Shown here piece after piece: positions 1-8,726 of a stretch of DNA of 64,000 nt (positions are counted from its first letter, which is position 1; the number at the start of each line of letters is the position of its first letter). This DNA is from Myxococcota bacterium (GTDB lineage Bacteria > Myxococcota_A > UBA9042 > PHBI01 > JAWLBL01). The stretch covers positions 32,001-96,000 of the forward strand of contig JAWLBL010000012.1 in NCBI GenBank assembly GCA_041687695.1, read 5' to 3'. The notes below the pieces were generated by a model, which had not been told where the DNA came from, did no database searches, and saw nothing but the letters and a program-made list of their open reading frames with translations. Made by a program: the position numbers and the translations under genes.

Positions 1-150
1 AGCGCCTGGTCGACCTGGCCTGGGAGGCCCGCGGCGAGCTTCCCGCCCCGACGGTCGGTCGACCGCGGACGACCTCATGAACGGCGCGGGACTACGTCGA
101 CCGTCGGGACCTGCGCGCTGTGAAGTGATGGCGGCCGCCCAGGGGGTCAC

Positions 151-735
151 ATGACTGAGCTGGCGTTGGGCAGTCTGTTCGTGGCTGCGGTGGGGGCTGC
201 TGCGGTCGTCGCTGTCCGGCAACACCGTCGCGACGAACGAGCGATCGCGCGAGTTTGCCATTCCTTTGCAGCCCTCGGGTTCGCGAAGACCGGAGGCTTG
301 GCAGGACACGACACCGGCAAGGGCACCCTCACGAACGGAACCTTGGTGCTTCGTCGCCAGCTGCCGTTCGTGGTCATCGAATGGCGGCTTGGCGCCGACG
401 CTCCCGAGCTGCCTGCGCTCCGTCCTACGCGATTGGCCTTGGCGACCGAGCGGTTGGCCTTCAGACGGCCGCCGCTGAAGCACCCTCCCCTCGAGCTCCA
501 CCGCTTCACCGGCGCCTTGCTCGGTGAACGCCACGAAGACGCGGAACACGCCTCAGGGCTCGCCGCCTGGATGAGCCGTTACTGCCTCTCCTGCGATGGC
601 CGGAAGCTGCAGGTGTTCCTCTCGCTTCACGACCTGACGCCGGCGCGTGCCTCGGACTGCGTCGACTTGCTGCGCGCGCTCGAAGCGCGGGTCCACTCGA
701 ACGCGCGAGTTCCAGGCCTAGGGTCGACTCGCTGA
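151..735 (+). CDS. Hypothetical protein with N-terminal membrane anchor (194 aa)
   Basis: ATG-started ORF with a hydrophobic N-terminus (LALGSLFVAAVGAAAVVAV) and normal amino-acid composition; no recognisable domain. Confidence 0.55.
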   Translation: MTELALGSLFVAAVGAAAVVAVRQHRRDERAIARVCHSFAALGFAKTGGLAGHDTGKGTLTNGTLVLRRQLPFVVIEWRLGADAPELPALRPTRLALATERLAFRRPPLKHPPLELHRFTGALLGERHEDAEHASGLAAWMSRYCLSCDGRKLQVFLSLHDLTPARASDCVDLLRALEARVHSNARVPGLGSTR

Positions 736-757
736 GCCCTCAGCGGAGCGTTCCTCG

Positions 758-1250
758 GCGCGCTCCCTCGGAGCTGAGGGGTCGTCGACGACCTCCGGAG
801 GTCGCTCCCTCGCACCGCGGAGGGCGTCGAGAGGCCTCTCCGAGCCAACTTTCGCTCCGACCGGCCTGTCGACACGCCTCGAGGAGCCACTTCTCGCGCC
901 CGCAGGCGCCCAGTCTGGCCCAATGGGGGCGAAATCTCGCGCGAAGGGCCTGTCGGTGACCTCATGGCCGCGCGCCCGTCGCGCCGAAGGGGTCGTCGAC
1001 GACCTCCGAAGGTCGCTCCCTCGCACCGCGGAGGTCGTCGCGAGGCCTCTCTGAGCCCACTTTCGCTCCGACCGGCCTGTCGAAAGGCTCGCTCGGCCGC
1101 TCCTCGCTCTCGCAGAGGCCCGATTTGGGCCCAGCGGGGGCGAAATCTCGCGCGAACGGCCTGTCGGTGACCCCAATGCTACGCGCCCCTCGCGCCGAAG
1201 GGGTCGTCGACGTCCTGTCGAGGTCGCCCCCCGCGCACCGCGGAGGTCAC
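758..1250. repeat. Non-coding tandem repeat, 211-bp period, about 2.3 copies, rich in palindromes
   Basis: GGGGTCGTCGACG starts at 778, 989 and 1200. Copies 1 and 2 align over their full length with substitutions. Units contain the palindromes GTCGTCGACGAC, GACCTCCGGAGGTC, GAGGCCTC and TCGCGCGA. Confidence 0.9.
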
Positions 1251-1287
1251 CGACGGCCGGTTCGTGCCCGACCCGCGCTGCGGTGGG

Positions 1288-2808
1288 TCAGGCGAGGCCC
1301 GCGGCGGCGCGGCCGACGTGCAGGCCGAGGGCGTAGATGGAGAGCTGGGGCGGGACGCCGATGGAGGTGGGGAAGAGCGAGCCGTCGGCGACCCAGAGGT
1401 TGGACAGCTGGTGGTGGCGGCCGTCGGAGCGGACGGGGCCGAGGGCCGGGTCGTCGGACATGGGGACCGAGCCCATGGGGTGTACGGCGGTGACGGGCTG
1501 ATCGCCCCGCCGTAGCGGCAGGCTGGAGAGTCGGTCTGGGTCGTCCGAGGGGCCGAGCGCGATGGCGGGGTCGGTCGGGACCAGGACGCGGGTGGCGCCG
1601 GCGGCCTGGAGCAGGCGGGCGCAGGCGGCCAGGCCCCGGGTGAGCTGGGCGCGGTCGGAGGGGTCGGGCCAGTAGTCGACCGTCAGGCCCAGGTCGCCGG
1701 AGGGGCGGACGCGGCCGGCCGTGTGGTCGTGCAGCATGGCCGTGAAGACCGCGAGGTGCGGGTAGCGCAGCATGAGGTCGCGGTGGGCGGCGCCGTGGCC
1801 GGGCAGCAGGGTCGCGAAGCCCATCGGGTGGGCGAAGGCGGGCACGATCCAGACGCGGCGGTCGGCGCCCGGGGTGAAGTCGAGCAGCTCGGTGCACTCG
1901 TAGGTCTGCGGGATGCCCTCCCAGGCGCGGACCGGCTCGGCGAAGTCGCCGGCGGCGACCAGCGCGGGGTGCAGCCGCAGGGTGTTGCCGGTCAGCCCCG
2001 AGGCGTCGGGCGCCGCCGAGCGCAGCAGCAGGGCCGGCGTGCCGGTGGCCGAGGCCGACAGCACGAAGCGCTCGGCGGTGATCTCGAGCCGGCCCAGCAC
2101 CTCGCGGGTGGTCGGGTCGAGGGCCACCGCCTCGAGCTGGCGGACGCGGCCCGCGTCGTGGTGGAGGCGCACCGCCTGCGCGTGGACCAGCACCTCGGCG
2201 CCGGCCTTGACGGCGCGCGGGATGAGGACCCGGGCGGCGTTCATCTTGGCGTCGTAGGCGCAGCCCACCTCGCAGAACCCCGAGCCGACGCAGCCGACCC
2301 GGTTGTGGTGCAGGCCCGCGCCGCGCCAGCCCAGGGCCTCGCAGCCGGCCTGCAGCAGGCGGTTGTGCCGGTTCCAGCGGGCCTCGGGCACCGCCGAGAC
2401 GTGCAGCAGGGCCTCGACCTCGGCGTACAGGGCGTCCCAGACCGCGGGGGTCAGGCGCTCGACGCGGTGGTCGGCCTGCCAGGCGTCGCGGATGGGCGCC
2501 GGGATGCGCTTGCACAGGTTCAGGTTGTGCAGGGTCGAGCCGCCGACGCCGCGGCCCTGGTGCACGTGCACCGCGCGGTCGGCCGTGGTGCGGCCGCCCG
2601 ACTCCCACAGGAGGCGCTCGAGCATCTCCTCTTCGCGCTGCGTCATGTCGGCCGGGGTCAGAAAGTCGCCGGGCTCGAGCACCAGCACCCGCAGGCCGGC
2701 CTCGGCGGCCACCATCGCGACGGCCGAGCCGCCGGCGCCGCTGCCGACGACGCACAGATCGGCCCGCAGGCGCGCGGGCAGCGGCAGGTGGGCGGCGTCG
2801 TGGATCAC
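1288..2808 (-). CDS. GMC family FAD-dependent oxidoreductase (about 506 aa)
   Basis: C-terminal part of the 1288..4476 ORF. GTG start overlaps the upstream TGA (GTGA at 2805-2808). Motifs: VVGSGAGG, GRGVGGSTLHN, CVGSGFCEVGC, HPMGS, ADGSLFPTSIGVPPQLSIYALG. Confidence 0.92.
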   Translation of the reverse strand: MIHDAAHLPLPARLRADLCVVGSGAGGSAVAMVAAEAGLRVLVLEPGDFLTPADMTQREEEMLERLLWESGGRTTADRAVHVHQGRGVGGSTLHNLNLCKRIPAPIRDAWQADHRVERLTPAVWDALYAEVEALLHVSAVPEARWNRHNRLLQAGCEALGWRGAGLHHNRVGCVGSGFCEVGCAYDAKMNAARVLIPRAVKAGAEVLVHAQAVRLHHDAGRVRQLEAVALDPTTREVLGRLEITAERFVLSASATGTPALLLRSAAPDASGLTGNTLRLHPALVAAGDFAEPVRAWEGIPQTYECTELLDFTPGADRRVWIVPAFAHPMGFATLLPGHGAAHRDLMLRYPHLAVFTAMLHDHTAGRVRPSGDLGLTVDYWPDPSDRAQLTRGLAACARLLQAAGATRVLVPTDPAIALGPSDDPDRLSSLPLRRGDQPVTAVHPMGSVPMSDDPALGPVRSDGRHHQLSNLWVADGSLFPTSIGVPPQLSIYALGLHVGRAAAGLA

Positions 2809-4454
2809 GCGGCCTCCTCGGGGCGCACCAGGGCGCGCGGCAGGGCGCCGGCCGGAGCGACCAGCGCCTCGTAGTGGGGCGGGCGCGGGCGCGGGCCGCG
2901 GACCCAGGGGCCGCCGTAGCCGATGGCGGGCCAGGTCGCGTTCTGCTGGTAGTAGCCGAGCATCACCAGATCGCGCAGGCCGCGGGCCATGGTGCGGCGC
3001 AGCCCGCCGGCGGTGGCGAGGCCCTCGAGGTGGGCGCGCCGGGCCTCGGGCGACAGGTTGGACAGGCGCCGCAGGTGCAGATCGGTCAGCGGGGTGCCGT
3101 GCTCGACCGCGCCGACCAGCAGGTGGATCTCGGCGCGCAGGCCGGGCGACAGGCCGGCGACGAAGCGGTCGACGGCGGCCGGGACCTGCGCGAAGGCGCC
3201 GGCGTCGGGGGCCGGGGGCAGCAGGGCCTCGGCCAGGGCGGCCAGGACGTGGGCCTGCCAGGAGCCCAGGGTGCGGCCGCGCCAGTCGGGTCGGTCGGGG
3301 TAACCCGAGGTGCGGACGACGGCGCCGAGGGCCAGGGCGGCCGCGCCGCCGATTAGGACGCGGCGGCGGCTCAGGCGCGGGGCGTCGGCCGGGGCGGCGA
3401 GGCGGCGGGCCAGGGCGGGCGGCAGCCGGTCGCGCCAGTCGGGGGCGGCGGGCAGCGGGCCGGCGCGGCGCGGCGTGACCCAGAACAGGACGTGCTCGCC
3501 GCGTGGGGCCTGGGCGCGCAGGGCGGCCAGGGCCTTGCCGGAGTAGACCGGCTCGAGGGGCAGGCCGAAGGCGCGGGCGAGGTCGACGGCGGCCAGCGAG
3601 GCCGGGGTGGGGACGCCGTAGCCGCGGCCCAGGTGGGCGCGGTCGAGGTGCAGGCGGGTGAGATCGACGGCGGCGTCGACCGGGTGGCCGGCGGCGGCGA
3701 GCCAGGCGAGCAGCTCGCGCACGAGGCGGGCCAGGCGGCGGCGGGGCGACAGCAGGCGCTCGACGGTCGCGACGGCGTGGACGCGGGTGGGCAGGCCGGC
3801 GAGGGCGAGGCCGACGAGCAGCCCGGCCGCCGTGCCGCCGGTGCCCAGGGGGACGATCAGGCGGTCGGGCGGCGGGGCCAGGCCGGCGCGGACCTGGCCG
3901 GCCAGCTCGAGGGCGGCCAGGACCAGCCCGGCCATGGCGGGCGCGGTGGTGGCGCCCGGCGGGACGACCGCGACGTCGCCCCGGGCGCCGGCGCCGAGGA
4001 GCCAGGGGCGCGGGGCGATCAGCGTGGTCCGGCGCGAGGCGAAGACCAGCCGCTCGGCGGCGGTGGCGGTGGCGGCCAGGTCCTCGAGGGTGCGCGCGGA
4101 CGGCGGCGTCCAGAACAGGTAGGCGTCGAACGGCCGGCCGGTCAGGAGGCTGGCCGCGGCCAGGGTCGACAGGTGCCCGGACCCGATGGCGCCCACCGAG
4201 GCCCAGCGCTCGGCCCGCCGCCAGGGCGGCTGCGCCAGCAGCACGTCGAGCTTGCGCAGCTTGGTCCCGCCCGGCAGCGCGCCCGCGGCGGCGCCCAGCA
4301 GATCGTCGCGCTTGAAGGTCAGCGACCCGAGCCCCAGCTCGCCGGCCAGCTCCGGCGCCTCGAGCAGCGGGCTCGCCTCGCCGATCCACCCCATCCGCGA
4401 AAGCGACCGGTCGATCATCACCACCTCGCACGCGACGTTCGTCACGGCGGCCAC
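2805..4454 (-). CDS. Fusion of a D-cysteine desulfhydrase/ACC deaminase-like PLP enzyme with a gluconate 2-dehydrogenase subunit-3-like domain
   Basis: N-terminal KRDDL, GGTKLRKL (PLP lysine), LGTGGTAAGL, LEPVYSGKA; then an internal LSRRRVLIGGAAALALG segment; C-terminal GYY...WPAIGYGGP. Exact start uncertain. Confidence 0.8.
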   Translation of the reverse strand: MAAVTNVACEVVMIDRSLSRMGWIGEASPLLEAPELAGELGLGSLTFKRDDLLGAAAGALPGGTKLRKLDVLLAQPPWRRAERWASVGAIGSGHLSTLAAASLLTGRPFDAYLFWTPPSARTLEDLAATATAAERLVFASRRTTLIAPRPWLLGAGARGDVAVVPPGATTAPAMAGLVLAALELAGQVRAGLAPPPDRLIVPLGTGGTAAGLLVGLALAGLPTRVHAVATVERLLSPRRRLARLVRELLAWLAAAGHPVDAAVDLTRLHLDRAHLGRGYGVPTPASLAAVDLARAFGLPLEPVYSGKALAALRAQAPRGEHVLFWVTPRRAGPLPAAPDWRDRLPPALARRLAAPADAPRLSRRRVLIGGAAALALGAVVRTSGYPDRPDWRGRTLGSWQAHVLAALAEALLPPAPDAGAFAQVPAAVDRFVAGLSPGLRAEIHLLVGAVEHGTPLTDLHLRRLSNLSPEARRAHLEGLATAGGLRRTMARGLRDLVMLGYYQQNATWPAIGYGGPWVRGPRPRPPHYEALVAPAGALPRALVRPEEAA

Positions 4455-4500
4455 GCCAGACCATGATCAATGTCACGACGCCAGCCGGGCCGCGCGCGGG

Positions 4501-6210
4501 TCAGGCGGCCGGGGGGCGCAAGGGCAGGTAGACGGTGAAGGTGGCGCCGCGGCCGGGCTCGCCGCCCACGCAGATGGTGCCGCCCAGGGCGCGGACGATC
4601 TCGTTGCAGACGAACAGCCCCAGGCCCAGCCCGCCGTAACGCTGGACCGAGACGGCGCGCTCGAAGCGCTCGAAGATCTTGGCGCGGTCGTCGTGCGCTA
4701 CGCCGATGCCGTGGTCGGCGACCTCGAGGACGGCCTGCTCGTCGGTCGCGCGCAGGCTGATGTCGACCTCCCTGCCGCTGCCGAACTTCATGGCGTTCGA
4801 GAACAGGTTGGTGACGACCTGCCCGAGCCGCAGCGGGTCCCAGTGCCCCACGACGTCGGGCTGGATGTCGACGTGGAGCACGCAGCCGGCCTCGTCGAAC
4901 TCGGCGCGGTGGCGCTCGACCAGCTCGGCCAGCAGATCCGACAGCGAGACCTCGCGCAGGTGCAGGACCAGGCGCTGGTCGCGGGCGCGCGTCATGTCGA
5001 GCAGGACGTCGATGAGGCGCTGCAGGCGCTCGTTGCCGCGCAGGGCGCCGAGGACCAGCGGCTGCAGCTGACCGACCGGCAGGACGCCGTCGCGCGAGCG
5101 CGTGGCGAGCTTGTCGAGGAGCTGCAGCTGCAGGGTGCTGGCCGTCAGCGGCGTGCGCAGCTCGTGCGAGGCGACCGCGATGAAGTCCTCGCGGGCGCGG
5201 ACGGCGTCCTCGAGCCGCGCGCGCGCGCGGGCCTCGGAGCGCAGGAGCAGGGCCCAGCGCAGCCCCGAGAACAGCATCAGCGCGGCCACGCCCAGCAGCA
5301 GGAGCCGGACCTGGCCCTCGATGGCGTCCCAGTAGGTGAAGACGCCGGCGCACAGGGTCGCGAAGAACCCGGCCCAGACCCAGCCCAGCTGGCCGGGGCG
5401 CGGCACCTCGTCGAGGTGGCGTTCGGCCGGGTCGCGGGCGCGGAGCACGGCGGCGAGCAGCAGCAGGCTGAAGGCGATGCACCACAGGACGTCGAAGGCG
5501 CGGCCGACCTCGTAGCTGGCGACCAGGAGCGTCAGGACGAAGACGGTGTAGACCGCGGCGAGCGAGGCCAGCCCGAGCAGGAGCAGCAGGGCGACCGGGG
5601 GCGGCAGCCCGACCGCGCGCTGCGACAGCGCGATGACCCCGAAGAGCAGGGCGAGCGTGTAGGTCGACAGGCGCGCGACGGCCCCGCGCACGTGCGCGGG
5701 GTCGCCGGTGAAGGCGACCGCCTCGTCGTACAGCGTGGCCCCCAGGACGACGAAGATGAGGCTGGCCGCGAGCCCCAGCTCGGTCGCGGCCAGCGGCGTC
5801 GCCCCGGGCGCCGAGGTGGGCGTGCGCATGAGCCAGACGGCCGGCACGAAGAAGAGCGGCGAGGCGATGAAGAACGCGTCGGTCAGCGAACCGATGGGGA
5901 GACGGCGCCCCTCGACCAGCTCGTACCAGGTCCACAGCAGCATCCCGGCGGCCCAGACCGAGGCGCCGGCGCTCCACCACCGCCAGGCGGCCCGCTCGCG
6001 GCGCGAGCTCACCCGGCGCGAGGTCACCCAGCACGCCACCGCGCAGGCCAGGCTGGTCAGCAGCCACATCGCGTCCGACCAGACGTGGCCCGCCCAGGAT
6101 CCGGCAGGCAGCAGCACCAGGCCCGCCAGGATGACCGCGTTGGCGGCCACGGCGGCCAGGATCAGGCGCCAGGGCAGCGGCCGCGTCGACGGACCGAGCG
6201 CGGCCGTCAC
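4501..6210 (-). CDS. Membrane-bound sensor histidine kinase (multi-TM input, HisKA, HATPase)
   Basis: C-terminal part of the 4501..8373 ORF: multiple TM helices, ASHELRTPL (H box), NLFSNAMKF (N), DHGIG (G1), GGLGLGL (G2). Start is GTG 6210 or ATG 6333. Confidence 0.9.
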   Translation of the reverse strand: MTAALGPSTRPLPWRLILAAVAANAVILAGLVLLPAGSWAGHVWSDAMWLLTSLACAVACWVTSRRVSSRRERAAWRWWSAGASVWAAGMLLWTWYELVEGRRLPIGSLTDAFFIASPLFFVPAVWLMRTPTSAPGATPLAATELGLAASLIFVVLGATLYDEAVAFTGDPAHVRGAVARLSTYTLALLFGVIALSQRAVGLPPPVALLLLLGLASLAAVYTVFVLTLLVASYEVGRAFDVLWCIAFSLLLLAAVLRARDPAERHLDEVPRPGQLGWVWAGFFATLCAGVFTYWDAIEGQVRLLLLGVAALMLFSGLRWALLLRSEARARARLEDAVRAREDFIAVASHELRTPLTASTLQLQLLDKLATRSRDGVLPVGQLQPLVLGALRGNERLQRLIDVLLDMTRARDQRLVLHLREVSLSDLLAELVERHRAEFDEAGCVLHVDIQPDVVGHWDPLRLGQVVTNLFSNAMKFGSGREVDISLRATDEQAVLEVADHGIGVAHDDRAKIFERFERAVSVQRYGGLGLGLFVCNEIVRALGGTICVGGEPGRGATFTVYLPLRPPAA

Positions 6211-6380
6211 GCGCGCGCCCGCGGGTGGCGCCTGGGGCGGCGTCGGAGCGCGAGGCCGAGCGCAGCTCGGGGTCGTGGAGCGGGGGCCGGCGTCGTCATG
6301 GAGGTCCGGTAACGCGTGGGACGGCCCCATCATGCGCCAGCGGGCGCCGGTCCGCCACAGGCGCGCCGCGAGGGCCGGCG

Positions 6381-8555
6381 TCAGACCCAGCCGACCGTCT
6401 CGAGATCCCAGCGCTTCCAGGCGCCGTCGACCTCGCCGTAGAGGTCGCGCGAGCCGGCGAGGACCTTGAAGCGGGTGGCGGTCGCGACGGCCGCCGGGTC
6501 GTCGAGGCGGGCGCTGGCCTCGGCCTCGGGCAGGGCGTGGAAGGTCACGACCAGCTCGTCCGCGGAGAGATCGACCACCGCGCAGCCGTGGGAGGCGACC
6601 TCGGCGAAGGCGAGGTGCGGGTTGGGCTTGGTGTCCTTGGCCTCGAGGAAGGACTTGACGCCGGCGGCCAGCGCGACGGCCCCGGCGGCCTTGAGGATCG
6701 GGTCGGCGCTGGCGGCGCGGATGAGGATGGAGCGGTAGGTGGTCGACGAGATGCCCGAGGTGACGAACTCGGGGACGCGGGCGCCCTTGTCGCCTCGCGC
6801 GTGGGGGGTGCCCGCGAAGAAGGCGTGGCGGTCGCCGGTGAGGGCGACGACGTTGTCGACCGGGGCCAGCGCCGTCATGACCTGGTCGGCGCGGTCGGGC
6901 ATGCCGGCCCAGTCCTCGGCCGACAGCAGGAACTTCTGGGCGAAGGCGGGCGGCAGCGATGAGATGGGGCGCAGATCCACGCCCAGCGGCATCAGGCAGT
7001 AGGGGTTGCCCCACAGCTTCCAGGTGCGGGTGGACGTCTGCATCGTCTCGAGGAACCAGGCCTGTTGCGCGTCGCCCAGGATGTGCTGGCTGGCGCCGTC
7101 GGTGTCGGCCCAGCGCTTGGCGGCCCACAGCTCGAAGGGCTCGCGCACGACCAGGTCGCGCGTGCCGATGGAGGCGTAGGGCGTGTTCTTGCCCATGTGG
7201 TGGAAGGCCACGCCGAGCGGGAGGCCGTCGGGATCGATGGACGGGATGACCACCGGATCCGGGTTGGTCTGGTTGAAGCGCTCGACCACGCCGTTGACCC
7301 ACGAGACGCTGAGCAGGCCGGTGATGCGGGCGGGGTCGTAGCCCTCGGCCTCGGCGGCGTTCTTCAGGACGTCGAGGTAGGAGCCCTCGGCGTGGGTGTC
7401 GATGTCGACGTAGGCCGAGGCGTAGCCGGGCACCTCGCCGGCCAGGGCGACGAGGTCGTCCTGGGTCAGCGCGACGGCGCCCGGGAGCGCGTCCTCGGGG
7501 ATGAGGTGGTCGGCGCGGTAGCTGCGCGCGTCGGTCATCACGACGTGGGCGTGGGCGCCCCAGCCGAAGTCGCGGTAGATGCGGAGGTCGCCGGGGAAGG
7601 GGGCGGCCGGGTCGTAGGTCAGCGCCGGCTCGCCGACCGGCATGTGCTCGCTCCAGGCCTGGTTGGCGGCCTTGCGGCGCGCGACGTCGGCCTCGTCGGT
7701 GCGCCCGTTGGCGTAGGTCCCGTGCTGCTGCCAGGCGTCGTTCGAGAACTCGTGGTCGTCCCAGACGGCGATCATCGGCCAGCGCTCGTGGACGGCCTGC
7801 AGATCGGGGTCGGAGCGGTAGATCTTGTAGAGTTCCCGATAGTTGTCGAGTGATCGCGCCGCGTGGTAGGGCGCGGCGGGGTCGCCCAGGGCGATGGCGC
7901 CGTCGACGTCGGTGAAGGCGACGGCGCGGCCGGGGTGGGCGTCCTGGAAGAGCGGGTCCGAGGTGGTCTCGTAGACGTAGTCGCCGAGGTGCAGGACGAA
8001 GTCGAGGTCGGCGTCCTGCTGCAGCAGCAGGCGATAGGGGTTGTAGTACTTGCCGTTGAAGTCCTGGCAGGACACGAAGGCGAAGCGGGCCGGGACGTCG
8101 GCGTCGGCGGCGGGCGCGGTGCGGGTGCGGCCGGCGCGGCTGGCCATGAGGACGTCGCCCGAGGGGACCAGGAAGCGGTAGTAGTAGGTGGTTCCGGCGG
8201 TCAGGCCGGCGACGCGCACCTTGAGGCAGTGGTCGGCGGCGGCCTCGGCGGTGAGGGCCAGCTGCGGGGCGCCGTCGAGCTCGACGAGGGCGGTGAAGTC
8301 GGGGTCGGTCGCGACCTCGAGGAGGATCGCCAGATCGTCGGCGGGCGCGGCGGGGTCGACGGCGCGCGTCCACAGGATGACGCTGTCGGGCCGGGGGTCG
8401 CCCGAGGCGACCGACTGCGGGAACAGGGCCTCGCCGGGTTCGACGGCCTTGGGCTGGGGCTGGGCGGCCCCGTCGTCGTCGCAGCCGGCGCCGCCGCCGA
8501 GCAGGGTCGCGCCGGCCGCCGCCAGGGTGATCTTCAGGAAGGTTCGCCGCTGCAT
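6381..8555 (-). CDS. phoD: Alkaline phosphatase D family protein, Tat-exported lipoprotein (724 aa)
   Basis: MQRRTFLK twin-arginine signal followed by GAGC lipobox; SVASGDP, HLGDYVYE, WDDHEFSND, LTGDRH. Confidence 0.93.
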   Translation of the reverse strand: MQRRTFLKITLAAAGATLLGGGAGCDDDGAAQPQPKAVEPGEALFPQSVASGDPRPDSVILWTRAVDPAAPADDLAILLEVATDPDFTALVELDGAPQLALTAEAAADHCLKVRVAGLTAGTTYYYRFLVPSGDVLMASRAGRTRTAPAADADVPARFAFVSCQDFNGKYYNPYRLLLQQDADLDFVLHLGDYVYETTSDPLFQDAHPGRAVAFTDVDGAIALGDPAAPYHAARSLDNYRELYKIYRSDPDLQAVHERWPMIAVWDDHEFSNDAWQQHGTYANGRTDEADVARRKAANQAWSEHMPVGEPALTYDPAAPFPGDLRIYRDFGWGAHAHVVMTDARSYRADHLIPEDALPGAVALTQDDLVALAGEVPGYASAYVDIDTHAEGSYLDVLKNAAEAEGYDPARITGLLSVSWVNGVVERFNQTNPDPVVIPSIDPDGLPLGVAFHHMGKNTPYASIGTRDLVVREPFELWAAKRWADTDGASQHILGDAQQAWFLETMQTSTRTWKLWGNPYCLMPLGVDLRPISSLPPAFAQKFLLSAEDWAGMPDRADQVMTALAPVDNVVALTGDRHAFFAGTPHARGDKGARVPEFVTSGISSTTYRSILIRAASADPILKAAGAVALAAGVKSFLEAKDTKPNPHLAFAEVASHGCAVVDLSADELVVTFHALPEAEASARLDDPAAVATATRFKVLAGSRDLYGEVDGAWKRWDLETVGWV

Positions 8556-8726
8556 GGTCACTTCTCCGAGGTCCGTCGCGCGCGAGCGTAGCGGAGGCGG
8601 CCGGTCGCGTCGATGGCGGCCGCGAGGGGGCGGCGGCGCCGGCCGCGGCGGCGTCGGCGGGGTCTCCTTGCGCCGGCCGAGCGGCTCTGGTTCCATGGGC
8701 GCAGCTCGGGAAAAGGACGGGGACAC

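Noticed and set aside
1..150. 3' end of an upstream gene
   Set aside because: Too short and ambiguous in frame to support a call
758..1250. CRISPR array
   Set aside because: Period is 211 bp, the segments between conserved blocks are homologous rather than unique spacers, and no cas genes are present
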